DNA of 64,000 bases, from NCBI GenBank assembly GCA_963701855.1, contig CAVPBK010000003.1, positions 164,045 through 228,044 of the forward strand, in the 5' to 3' direction. Every line of letters starts with the position of its first letter. The stretch's first letter is position 1. A program made the translations under genes and the position numbers. Shown one piece after another: positions 39,192-48,358 of the stretch. The notes beneath the pieces are model-generated. The model was given only the letters and a program-made list of their open reading frames with translations. It searched no databases and had not been told where the DNA came from. Origin of the DNA: Nitrospirota bacterium (lineage in GTDB: Bacteria; Nitrospirota; Nitrospiria; Nitrospirales; Nitrospiraceae).

Positions 39192-40685
39192 TTGAGCCAT
39201 TTTGTCTCACGCCCCACCGCCCTTGTTCCGGCACGGTGGGGCTTTTTTATTTCCATCCAGTCTCTCTTTGCTCTGGTGGCGTTCGTGCTGCTTGCCGGAT
39301 GCGGCCCCTCGGTCAATCGGTATCTCCTCATCGAAGCGAGTCTTCGCGCCCACGACCCCAAAGGAGCCGATGCCATTGTCCAGCGGGCTGAAGATGAGTA
39401 TGGCGAAAAAAGCCGGGTGCTCTATGGCATGGATCGAGGGATGACCCTTCACCTCGCCGGCGACTATCAGCAGAGCAACGTTGTATTGGAACAGGCTGAG
39501 GAGGAATTGGATCGTCTCTACACGCGAAAGGTTAGAACGGAAACCCTCGCATTCATGACGAATGATACGGCGTTACCCTATGAGGGTGATCCTTACGAAC
39601 AGGTGTTAATCAATGTGCTGAAGGCACTCAATTATACGGTGCTGGGTCAGTGGCAAGATGCACTGGTCGAGGCCCGACGTATCGACCACCGGCTTAATCT
39701 CTTATCGGATCGAACCCAGGAGAAGAATGCCTATCGGGATGACGGCTTTGCCCGCTATCTGAGTGGCATCCTCTATGAGAGCACCGGCGATGTGAACAAT
39801 GCGTTTATTGCCTATCGGAATGCCTACGAGACCTTTGAGGCCACGCGCGCATGGACACACACGACTGTTCCGCATCAGCTGCGGGCAGATCTATTACGAA
39901 CGGCCGAGGCACTGCATTTCACTCAAGAATTGGCCGACTACAAACATGTGTTTCCCGATATCAGGTGGGAGACCAGTCAGGCGTTGCAACAACTCGCTCA
40001 AGTTGTCGTGATCAGCTATAATGGCCGCGCACCACGCAAGGAGGATCTGTTTCTTGACTTGCCGATCAGTCTCAACGCACTCCAGTTGGTGCTCCTCAAC
40101 CGCGGGTTTTCGCAGGTGAACCAACATTCCAATCGGGCGGTGGACACGGCCTTGTACGGGCTTAATGGACACGTTGTTCGCGTGGCTTTGCCACGGCTCA
40201 TTCCGCAGAAGACCCAAGCGCCTGTCGATACGGTGAGTCTCATTCCAGACAATGGCACACAGGTGACCCTGAACACGGAGTTGGTACACAACGTGACGGC
40301 TTTGGCAGATAAGGCTCTATCGGAACGAATGGCTGTGATAACTAGCAAAGCTCTCGCCCGTGCCGCCACGAAGTTCGCGGCGGCCGAGGCAACGGCGAGA
40401 GGGGCTCAGCAGTTAGCGGGGAAAGATGCGGGGCCGTGGGTCGGTCTTCTCGTTGGGCTGTTGACGAAAGGACTGGCGGTGGCATCGGAAGAAGCCGACA
40501 AGCGGAGCTGGCAGACATTGCCCGATGAAATCCACCTCGCGCGAGTCTGGGTTCCGCCGGGCCGCTACCAGGTGCAGAGCCAAGTAGCCGGCGGGTCTCA
40601 TAAATCTCTGGAGCCTGAGGCCGTGCGGACACTGTCCATCGGGCCAGGTGAAACTGCCGTGCTCATTCAACGGGTGATACCATGA
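39192..40685 (+). CDS. COG3014-family TPR-like lipoprotein
   Basis: LAGC, YEGDPYE, DALVEARR, EEADKRSWQTLP; start codon uncertain. Confidence 0.85.
   Translation: MSHFVSRPTALVPARWGFFISIQSLFALVAFVLLAGCGPSVNRYLLIEASLRAHDPKGADAIVQRAEDEYGEKSRVLYGMDRGMTLHLAGDYQQSNVVLEQAEEELDRLYTRKVRTETLAFMTNDTALPYEGDPYEQVLINVLKALNYTVLGQWQDALVEARRIDHRLNLLSDRTQEKNAYRDDGFARYLSGILYESTGDVNNAFIAYRNAYETFEATRAWTHTTVPHQLRADLLRTAEALHFTQELADYKHVFPDIRWETSQALQQLAQVVVISYNGRAPRKEDLFLDLPISLNALQLVLLNRGFSQVNQHSNRAVDTALYGLNGHVVRVALPRLIPQKTQAPVDTVSLIPDNGTQVTLNTELVHNVTALADKALSERMAVITSKALARAATKFAAAEATARGAQQLAGKDAGPWVGLLVGLLTKGLAVASEEADKRSWQTLPDEIHLARVWVPPGRYQVQSQVAGGSHKSLEPEAVRTLSIGPGETAVLIQRVIP
39211..39248 (+). terminator. Intrinsic terminator-like hairpin after the LpoB-like gene
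   Basis: GCCCCACCG...CGGTGGGGC-TTTTTT. Confidence 0.65.
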
Positions 40686-41845
40686 TAGACGGATTACGGT
40701 TTGCGGGCCGAATTGGGGTGGTGCTTATGGCGCTGGTCGCACTCTCCGGCTGTTCATGGTTTGGAGGGCAAGCGAAACCTGACTGGATCGATGGGGTGAG
40801 TGTTGCCTATCCGCCCGGTCAATATCTCGTCGGCGTGGGACAGGCAGAGAGTCGCGCGGTTGCCGAGGATCGCGCCTATGCAGCGGTAGCCCGTATTTTC
40901 AAAGCCGAGGTCAATGCTCAAGCGAAAGACTGGGAGTCGTATTTGGTGGTCGAGCAGCGCGGACAGAGCAGCGCTGAACGACGGTTGACGCTCGACAATC
41001 TAACCCGTGTGTCGACCGACAAAGTATTAGAAAACGTCCAGATTGTCGATCGGTGGGTCGATGGGCACAAGGGACTCCATTATGTTTTGGCAGGGATGCA
41101 TCGGACTCAGGCAGAGGCATCATTTATGGAACGGATTACCGAGCTGGATCGATCGATCAGCGACGATATCGAAGAGGCCCATCACTCCTCCGATAAACTG
41201 GCAAGAGTCAGAGCGCTGAGACGGGCTGCTAGAAATCTGGTGTTGAGGGAGACTTATAATGCCGATCTTCGCGTGATTCGTCCGAGTGGGCAGGGTACCG
41301 CCGCACCCTACCGTGTGAGCGAACTCACGCATGAACTCGAAGAGTTCCTTGCCACGAATCTGGTGCTGGCGGTTGCGGTGGCTGGTGACCAGGTTGAACC
41401 GGTGAAACGTGCTTTGACGGAAGGGTTGTTGAAGGAAGGGCTCCAAGTCACGAGTCGACAGTGGGGAGGGGAGCGTTCGATGGGCGGCGATTCCAATGGT
41501 CCATCTCCGGAGTTGCTCGTGCGGGGTGTGGTGCGGGTGTGGCCGATCGATGTACGCGATCCGCAGTTCAAGTTTGTGCGATGGTGCAGCGATTTCGAAG
41601 TCGTGGATTTGACCAGCCAGCGCGTGGTTGGCGCCTTGTCGAAGGGTGGCAAGGAAGGCCATCTATCGGATCGTGAGGCGACAGCCAAAGTCGTGCGTGT
41701 CATGCAGCAAGAGTTTTCTACCGATGTGGCGAAGGCCATTGCGGCTCATGTGTATGGAGAGTTGGAATTGCCGGCACAGGCGAGCCAGCCTGCGGGATGT
41801 CCGCGGGACGGGCTGGCATCTACGCCGGCGTCTGCGCCCCACTAA
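40682..41845 (+). CDS. LPP20-family lipoprotein (long)
   Basis: LSGC, KPDWI, YLVGVG, AEDRAYAAVARIF. Confidence 0.82.
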   Translation: MIDGLRFAGRIGVVLMALVALSGCSWFGGQAKPDWIDGVSVAYPPGQYLVGVGQAESRAVAEDRAYAAVARIFKAEVNAQAKDWESYLVVEQRGQSSAERRLTLDNLTRVSTDKVLENVQIVDRWVDGHKGLHYVLAGMHRTQAEASFMERITELDRSISDDIEEAHHSSDKLARVRALRRAARNLVLRETYNADLRVIRPSGQGTAAPYRVSELTHELEEFLATNLVLAVAVAGDQVEPVKRALTEGLLKEGLQVTSRQWGGERSMGGDSNGPSPELLVRGVVRVWPIDVRDPQFKFVRWCSDFEVVDLTSQRVVGALSKGGKEGHLSDREATAKVVRVMQQEFSTDVAKAIAAHVYGELELPAQASQPAGCPRDGLASTPASAPH

Positions 41846-41863
41846 TTCGGAGAGAGGGAGGGT

Positions 41864-42142
41864 ATGACCAAATCAAAATCAGAAGCAGGACGCACATCGA
41901 CTCGCGCGCCACGCAGCCGTGGCCGTGGGTTGACGGTCACAAAACAGCGGGTCCCCAGTCGCTTGGCGAAACGCCGGCTGGGTGAGCGGCTTAAGAACGA
42001 CACGGCGTCGTTCAATCAGGGCAACTTAGCCGATAAGTTCCGTAAGGAGGGGTATGACGAGCTGCCGCTGGACGAACTCCAAGATCGGCTCTCAAAAATG
42101 TCTGGCCCTTTGGCCGCCATTATTCTGAAGGGGAGAGTGTGA
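41864..42142 (+). CDS. Putative antitoxin-like protein
   Basis: 92 aa, immediately upstream of the PIN gene; C-terminal GPLAAIILKGR resembles VapB tails. Confidence 0.55.
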   Translation: MTKSKSEAGRTSTRAPRSRGRGLTVTKQRVPSRLAKRRLGERLKNDTASFNQGNLADKFRKEGYDELPLDELQDRLSKMSGPLAAIILKGRV

Positions 42143-42146
42143 TCGC

Positions 42147-42590
42147 ATGCCATACTACTATTTCGACTCAACCGCGCTGGTGAAACGGTACAGCATGGAG
42201 CGCGGCACTCGCATCATCAGCAGGCTCATGGTGAAACGGAGCAAGGTGGCTATATTACCGACGCTCTCCGTGACTGATTTTTATACGGCCTTCGCGAATC
42301 GAGCCCATCATGGAGAAATCACCCGTGACGATTGTTACTCGGTGATCCATAAGTTCGAGAAGGAATCGCAGGAGGGTCTCTATCAATTCATTGCCCCGAC
42401 GATGCAGACGTACTTAGCGACGAAAGAACTCGCGTTGGAGTATCCTGCGCTCCGAACACCACAAGTATTACATTTGGCGCTGGCGTTAGAACTCAAGCCC
42501 TTGCGGCTGACCGTCGTCAGTGCCGACACACCATTGCTGGAGGCCTGTCGTTCGGCCGGCCTCCATATCATTAACCCTGAGGATGACTAG
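42147..42590 (+). CDS. VapC-like PIN-domain protein
   Basis: YFDSTALVKRY..E.GT, LRTPQVLHLA, VSAD. Confidence 0.85.
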   Translation: MPYYYFDSTALVKRYSMERGTRIISRLMVKRSKVAILPTLSVTDFYTAFANRAHHGEITRDDCYSVIHKFEKESQEGLYQFIAPTMQTYLATKELALEYPALRTPQVLHLALALELKPLRLTVVSADTPLLEACRSAGLHIINPEDD

Positions 42591-42688
42591 TTTGGGAAGT
42601 GCTGAGCGCTGAGATCTGACTGCGCAAGAGAGACAAGTGCCGGGGGCATAGACAATCAGTGATTATCGAGTCGGTGACGGTCATCTAA

Positions 42689-43867
42689 GGAATCTCTGAT
42701 TTATTCCCCCCGTCCGATATGCTAAGGGTCGCGCAGCACTGATGAGGAGGCGCACCCATGCAGCAACAGACGTTTGCAGACGCGTCGTGTGAACGGTATC
42801 GCAAGCCCACTCGCCGTGAGCGGTTTCTCGATGAGATGAACCGCGTTGTGCCGTGGGCGGAACTGGCCGCCGCGATTGAACCGGGCTATCCCAAGGCCGA
42901 GGGCCCGGGGCGCCCACCCGTAGGCGTCGAACGCATGCTGCGCCTCCATTGCCTGCAACAGTGGTTCACCTTGTCGGATCCGGCGGTGGAGGAAGCGCGC
43001 TACGACTCGCGCACTATGCGGCAGTTTGTCGGGATTGATCTGGGCCGCGAGCCCGTGCCTGATGAAACCACGCTCTGCAAATTTCGCCACCTGCTGGAAG
43101 CCCATCAGCTGGGCGAACAACTCTGTGCGCGGATCGGGGAGTATTGGGCCGCGCAGGGCTTGACGGTCAGCCGGGGTACCATCGTGGATGCCACGATCAT
43201 CAATGCGCCCAGTTCGACAACGAATCGCAAGAAGGAACGGGATCCGGAGATGCATCAGACGAAGAAAGGGAACCAGTGGTACTTCGGCATGAAGGCCCAT
43301 CTTGGCGTGGATAGCCGGACCAAGCTGATTCATTCGGTCGCCGCCACCGCGGCGAATGTGCATGACAGTCAGGTGTTGCCAGACTTGCTGCAGGGGCAGG
43401 AGACGCGGGTGTGGGGCGATGCGGCCTCCAGCGGGCACCGCGACGTGATGCAGCAATACGCCCCCGGTGCCAAGAGCTTCATCCAGGCCAACGCCCCTCG
43501 TCATCGGCCCCTGAGCGAGGCGGAGCGTGCCCGCACCCGCACCAAGTCGAAGGTTCGTGCGAAAGTCGAACAGGTGTTCTTGGTGATCAAGCAGATCTTT
43601 GGGTGGTCTAAAGTCCGCTACCGTGGGCTGGCGAAGAATACCAACTGGCTCTTCGTCACGTGCGGCTTGACGAATCTGTACCTGGCTCGACGGCGCCTGT
43701 TGGCGGGGACGTAAGGCGCGTGTGTGGGCATGGTGGCAGTGGGCCATCGGACGGTGGGCACACCCCGACGAAGACACTTCCGAACCATCGGATTTCCACC
43801 GGATTCCCCGTGTTGACCAACTCATGAATAGCGCTCTCAGTCTAAACGTGAATTAATCAGACCTTCC
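42689..43867 (+). mobile_element. IS5-family insertion sequence (1179 bp)
   Basis: TIRs GGAATCTCTGATTTATTC / GAATTAATCAGACCTTCC; CTAA duplication at 42685-42688 and 43868-43871. Confidence 0.92.
42758..43714 (+). CDS. IS5-family DDE transposase
   Basis: IVDATII, KKGNQWYFGMKAH, WGDAA, RAKVE, KVRYRGLAKN. Confidence 0.93.
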   Translation: MQQQTFADASCERYRKPTRRERFLDEMNRVVPWAELAAAIEPGYPKAEGPGRPPVGVERMLRLHCLQQWFTLSDPAVEEARYDSRTMRQFVGIDLGREPVPDETTLCKFRHLLEAHQLGEQLCARIGEYWAAQGLTVSRGTIVDATIINAPSSTTNRKKERDPEMHQTKKGNQWYFGMKAHLGVDSRTKLIHSVAATAANVHDSQVLPDLLQGQETRVWGDAASSGHRDVMQQYAPGAKSFIQANAPRHRPLSEAERARTRTKSKVRAKVEQVFLVIKQIFGWSKVRYRGLAKNTNWLFVTCGLTNLYLARRRLLAGT

Positions 43868-43882
43868 CTAACAGAATGCTGA

Positions 43883-43912
43883 AAGCCCCGACCGGAAGGG
43901 CGGGGCTTCTTT
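43883..43912. terminator. Hairpin terminator between IS5 and the phosphatase gene
   Basis: AAGCCCCG...CGGGGCTT-CTTT. Confidence 0.6.
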
Positions 43913-43939
43913 ATTCGCGCGTCAGGTTTAGATGGTCTC

Positions 43940-44773
43940 TTACGGTACCTGTGCCAAAAGATCCAGGACCGCTTCATTCCATCCCACCGGCCCGATGCCG
44001 GAAGCACGAATCATTCCAGACAGGTGAATATCAGAGTCATAGGATCCGTCTGGTTTCTGGACGAGAATCGGGTGATCCACCATGGCGAGCAGTGGGGCGT
44101 CGTTGATGCTGTCTCCGATCCCAACCGTTTCGATCCGCTTCGCGTGTCCGCTCATGCGTTGTTGGCGATGGTAGCAGCGCAGGAGCACGGACGCGGCCTC
44201 TCCCTTATTGTTTTCCCCCATCAGATGAAATAACCGTCCCCCTTTTGTCCATCGAAGGCCCCGAGTGACAATTTGCCGACAGACTTCTTCAATGAGCGCC
44301 TGAGGGCCTTGCAGGAGATAGGGCTCGTCGTATTCCCGTTGCTTGGCTAGAAAAGCGTCGGCATGTGGGAGCCCGGTCACCTGCATGATGGCTTCTACCG
44401 ACAGGTCACCGAAGCCTTGTAATGGCGTTTCAACAGCATCTTCTATTTGTTTCAGCACATCTCGCAGCATGTGATAAGGAAGGCCTAATTCGATGACCTG
44501 ATAGGGAGATCTGGTTCGCATGCGTTCCAAAGGGAAGTCGAAAAGACCATGAGGGATAAATACCGCGCCGCCGTTTTCGACAATGAAAGGATCTTGATGG
44601 CCAAGACGCTGTCGTAGCGGTTCCATTTCCGCGCGCGTTTTACTCGACACCAAGACGAGGGGAATACCCTGGTCACGAAGCGCAGTGAGCGCCGGTATGG
44701 CCGCTTGATAAGAATAGGTCGTGCCGTCCAGGAGCGAGCCATCCAGGTCTGTGAAGACGATCAAATTAGGCAT
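43940..44773 (-). CDS. Mannosyl/glucosyl-3-phosphoglycerate phosphatase (HAD-IIB, MpgP/YedP-like)
   Basis: FTDLDGSLLD, SSKTRAE, IVENG, REYDEP, GDSINDAPLL. Confidence 0.9.
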   Translation of the reverse strand: MPNLIVFTDLDGSLLDGTTYSYQAAIPALTALRDQGIPLVLVSSKTRAEMEPLRQRLGHQDPFIVENGGAVFIPHGLFDFPLERMRTRSPYQVIELGLPYHMLRDVLKQIEDAVETPLQGFGDLSVEAIMQVTGLPHADAFLAKQREYDEPYLLQGPQALIEEVCRQIVTRGLRWTKGGRLFHLMGENNKGEAASVLLRCYHRQQRMSGHAKRIETVGIGDSINDAPLLAMVDHPILVQKPDGSYDSDIHLSGMIRASGIGPVGWNEAVLDLLAQVP

Positions 44774-44785
44774 GGTCTTGTGCCG

Positions 44786-45493
44786 TTACCAGTGGTGGAG
44801 ATCATCGACCGTGCTGGTTTTGGATCGGCCCTCCAGCCGTCGCTCTATGAACCCTTTCGCAAGATCGGCGGCGCCGAGTCCAAATGCGATCGCTCCGGCC
44901 AGCATGATCCCTCCCCAGGTAATGCCGAATCCCACAACGACGATGTGTTGGGCAATGCCGAGTTGCTCTAGCGCCATGGCGCCCGCGAGTACTTGTATTC
45001 CCCATCGGGAACAGGCTGCGATGAGTTTGGCGGGGGGCAGTCCGGCGTTGACGGCGGCAATCAGGACAGCTTGGGATACAAAGTTCGAGAGAAAGTACCC
45101 GGCCAGGAGAATGACCGCTGCCGTCACCAGATGGGGCACATAGGCAAGGAGTGACTGCGCGAACTGGTTGATCGGAGTCAGGTTCAGGGCTCCTAACGCT
45201 GCGATCGAGGCCAGTACAATCACTGTCCAATAGATACCACGGCCGACGATGCGAGAGGGATCGGTCTTGATTCCTCCACGCAGAAGCGCCGCATTCATTC
45301 CCAGCCGATCACAGAGATGGTCGAATCCGATCACGCGAAACATCCGTTCAAAGAAGGAACCGAACGCCCATGCGGTGAAGAGGCCACCGAGTAGGATAAT
45401 GCCCATAGCGAGCACATTGGGGAGCACGGTCAAAACCTGATGCCCGATCAGTTGCAGCGGCCCTAGAAGCGCTTGGTTAAAGAAGTCGTTCAT
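44786..45493 (-). CDS. CmpX-like / mechanosensitive-channel TM-helix repeat protein
   Basis: Two LP/VP-N/H-x-x-A TM repeats, ALEQLGI, AIAFGLGA. Confidence 0.8.
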   Translation of the reverse strand: MNDFFNQALLGPLQLIGHQVLTVLPNVLAMGIILLGGLFTAWAFGSFFERMFRVIGFDHLCDRLGMNAALLRGGIKTDPSRIVGRGIYWTVIVLASIAALGALNLTPINQFAQSLLAYVPHLVTAAVILLAGYFLSNFVSQAVLIAAVNAGLPPAKLIAACSRWGIQVLAGAMALEQLGIAQHIVVVGFGITWGGIMLAGAIAFGLGAADLAKGFIERRLEGRSKTSTVDDLHHW

Positions 45494-46821
45494 GATTCAC
45501 CTCCTGCATCGATGATCGTGTGATGCAACAGAGTCGGCACTTCGGGTTGCAGCGCCGGTGGTTGCCAACATTCAACCAGATAGGGTTTCATGTGTTCGAA
45601 CGTGTGGCATAAGGCCTCGATCTTCTGTTCTGCTTCCGTAGACGTCAGGCCTTGAGTAGCATGGACGAACGAGGCGGTACGGCCTAAATATAGAGGGGTC
45701 AGGGCTTTTAGGAGGTGATCGCGCGGTATGATTCGTTTGTGGTACGCGGTGGCCGCATCGTAGACGACCTGGACCCATAACTCATCGGGGATACGACAGT
45801 CGGTGCCGGATGTCCCTTGGATGTCACGCAACTGAGTGAACGTGTCGTTCGCCAGGATCTGCCGCCAGATGGGTTCAAGATCGGTGAGGCCCTGTCGAAA
45901 GTGCGACACCATCCGCTCCATGTTGACATGGACCGGTTCGACCCCGACCTCGTAGGAAAATCCAAAGAGTGGAACCGGCTGCGATCCTTCCTGGCGAGAC
46001 CAGAGGCTTTCATGCTGTTCCATTAAGGCAAACAGTGCGCCCATTACTTGCATCAACATGGCCGACAGGTCGGCAGCAGGATCCTTCGGATTATGGATTT
46101 TTGCGCCGAGGAAGCTTTGGCAGACCCGTGCACCGCAGGCAATAGCTTCCGTCGTCATCCAGATATCGATGCCGAACCGCGCCACTTCAGATTCCCAGAC
46201 ATGTTGGTCAAGATAGTGGGCCGCGAGAGCGCCGGAAAAACCAAACTCTCCGCCGATGGGCTGGCGGATCCGTTGCCCGTAGAGCGCTCTGGTGAGTGGG
46301 TAGGCGAGACTGTTCGTAATTGTGCCGTCGTATTTGTGGCGCAGATAGTAGGGGGCGACGTAGTCGTATCCTTCTTCCACGATAGGACGGAGTAACAGTT
46401 CGATCCATTCCGGTGAAATGCTGCGAAGATCCGCATCGACAACTGCACAGGCCTTAGCTCTCAGCCGTCGCGCAATCTCGAAGATCGTCCGGAAGGCACT
46501 GCCTTTTCCGGGAATGCCATGGTAGGGCGTAACGATCCGATGCAGGATGCTTTGCTGATCGCCAATGAACAGATATTGGAAGTCGACGGCAGTGCGGGCG
46601 ACGATGGCAGGAGTTCCATCTGAAGAGCCGCCGTCGGAGTTGACGAGGACGGCCCGACGATCAGGAAAGTGTTTGGCGAGGCCCACACTGACGGCTCGCA
46701 CCACATGCCCGACCGTGTCTGCGTTGTTGTAGCTCGGAATTCCGACGAGAATCTCCGCCGAATCGATATCTTGAAGTCGTGACTCAGTTGATGTGGTGAG
46801 TGGGGTGAGGCCGGTGCTCAT
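45490..46821 (-). CDS. GT2 glycosyltransferase, glucosylglycerate/mannosylglycerate synthase-like
   Basis: VGIPSYNNA, NSDGGSSDGT, GKGSAF, DADL, RHKYDGTITN, IRQPIGGEF, FGIDIWMTT. Confidence 0.8.
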   Translation of the reverse strand: MSTGLTPLTTSTESRLQDIDSAEILVGIPSYNNADTVGHVVRAVSVGLAKHFPDRRAVLVNSDGGSSDGTPAIVARTAVDFQYLFIGDQQSILHRIVTPYHGIPGKGSAFRTIFEIARRLRAKACAVVDADLRSISPEWIELLLRPIVEEGYDYVAPYYLRHKYDGTITNSLAYPLTRALYGQRIRQPIGGEFGFSGALAAHYLDQHVWESEVARFGIDIWMTTEAIACGARVCQSFLGAKIHNPKDPAADLSAMLMQVMGALFALMEQHESLWSRQEGSQPVPLFGFSYEVGVEPVHVNMERMVSHFRQGLTDLEPIWRQILANDTFTQLRDIQGTSGTDCRIPDELWVQVVYDAATAYHKRIIPRDHLLKALTPLYLGRTASFVHATQGLTSTEAEQKIEALCHTFEHMKPYLVECWQPPALQPEVPTLLHHTIIDAGGES

Positions 46822-48062
46822 GATAGCGTGGTGGCAGGTTCTGACCTGGGGTCCCAGTCGTGATCCGCTTCGACGGCGTCGATCAGACGATTGAAAATAT
46901 CGGGCACAGCATGGGTCACTCGACTCCAGTTGGAAATCATGGGGACACCAAGCGGATCGTCGAGAAACCCGTCGGTGGCCAGCTTCATGCCGTTTAAGAA
47001 GACTTCGACGGCCGTCCGCTCTTGGTGGCGGTCGAACGTGAGGCTGTTGATGGCCGCGTCGTTTTCGTAGCGGCTAATCGCTTCTTGCGCGGCTTGCAAA
47101 TACGTCGCCCGCAAGGTCTTGAGTGCCCCGTCAGACAAGACGACGCCTTCGCTCGCAAGATTTCTAAAGAGCGATTTCGTGATGTCGACGCACATCTTGA
47201 GAAGGCCGGCATCGGGATTGTGATCCGAGAGTTCCTGGTGTTTGTGGTCATAAGCATCCGCAATATCGGCTTGGCAGATGCGGCGCAGGGCGCAGTTCCG
47301 ATATACCTCCGCGAGGACACCGATTTCGAGACCCCAGTCACCTGGGATTCGGTTGGTCCAGGCCAGATCCCGCACCATGGCGAACTCGCCGGCCAGGGGG
47401 TAGCGAAAACTGTCGAGAAACGTCAGGAGCGCATGCGGTCCCACGAGCTGTTGGAGACTTCGGATCATCGGAGTAATGAACAGGCGTGTCACCCTTCCAT
47501 GGAGCCGGTCTGTGACGCGACTGTAATAGCCTTTACAGAATTCATAACCGAGATTCGGGTTAGCGATGGGATAGCAGAGGCGTGCCAGATATTCTCGGCT
47601 GTAGCTTGTGATGTCGCAGTCGTGGAGCGCGATAACCTGGCTGTGGTTTCGGGCCAGCACGTAGCCGAATGCCGTCCAACAGCCTCGTCCTTTGCCCTGC
47701 AGGCCGATGTCGAGGTTATGATCGACCAAGAGCTTGAGGATGGTTTGGATGCGATCACCATCATTCCATATGAGACGAACCCGCTGAGGGAGTATGGAAA
47801 AGAATTGCTTGGCCAGGCGAAATTCCAAGGCGGATGAGCGATCTAATGAGACAACAATTTCATTGAGATACGACACATTCTTGAGAGTTTCAACTATGGC
47901 CTTCAATGCCGGGCGGCCTAACTCTGCATAAAGAGAGGGGAGGACCAGGGCTATGGGATTGATGCGTCCATACTGCGTCAACTCTCGCTCCAATTGATCG
48001 ACATTCGGCTGCCCGAGGCGGTGAAGCACCGTGACGACACCGTTTTGGTAGAAGTCTGACAT
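46818..48062 (-). CDS. gpgS: Glucosyl-3-phosphoglycerate synthase-like glycosyltransferase
   Basis: MSDFYQNG, LPSLYAEL, GKGRGCW, LHDCDI, FCKGYYSR, FRYPLAGEF, DWGLEIG, YDHKHQ. Confidence 0.8.
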   Translation of the reverse strand: MSDFYQNGVVTVLHRLGQPNVDQLERELTQYGRINPIALVLPSLYAELGRPALKAIVETLKNVSYLNEIVVSLDRSSALEFRLAKQFFSILPQRVRLIWNDGDRIQTILKLLVDHNLDIGLQGKGRGCWTAFGYVLARNHSQVIALHDCDITSYSREYLARLCYPIANPNLGYEFCKGYYSRVTDRLHGRVTRLFITPMIRSLQQLVGPHALLTFLDSFRYPLAGEFAMVRDLAWTNRIPGDWGLEIGVLAEVYRNCALRRICQADIADAYDHKHQELSDHNPDAGLLKMCVDITKSLFRNLASEGVVLSDGALKTLRATYLQAAQEAISRYENDAAINSLTFDRHQERTAVEVFLNGMKLATDGFLDDPLGVPMISNWSRVTHAVPDIFNRLIDAVEADHDWDPRSEPATTLS

Positions 48063-48185
48063 TGGGGCCTCCGATGGGCGAGTCACTGCAGGGCCTGACG
48101 ATAATGTGCAGCGAGATCAGGCGCGAGCGTCAATGACAAGCGCCGCAGGCACTCTAGAGGCTGCATCAGTATATGACACTACTTG

Positions 48186-48201
48186 TGCAGATGACGTGCC
48201 A
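48186..48201 (-). promoter_or_regulatory. Putative sigma54 -24/-12 promoter of the compatible-solute operon
   Basis: TGGCACG-TCAT-CTGCA versus consensus TGGCACG-N4-TTGCW, about 125 bp upstream of the ATG. Confidence 0.55.
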
Positions 48202-48290
48202 CTAGGGAATGCCCTAAATGTTGAATGTTCGAGTAGCAAATCAGGTGAGAGGTGAAGAGGGTGGTGGCAAAACCCTTCACTTCAAAGAGA

Positions 48291-48352
48291 GGGTTGTTTA
48301 GTTTATTTGGTTTGTCTTGTCATTTGGTTCAACCAGATTGACCAGACCACCA
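48291..48352. repeat. 9-mer palindromic repeat
   Basis: TTGTTTAGTTTATTTGGTTTGTCTTGTCATTTGGTTCAACCAGATTGACCAGACC. Confidence 0.6.
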
Positions 48353-48358
48353 GAGATG

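Noticed and set aside
42722..43825. Long antisense ORFs (also 9823-10968, 47022-47837, 59366-60118, 60952-61686)
   Set aside because: Shadows of well-supported genes on the opposite strand in GC-rich DNA, with no motifs
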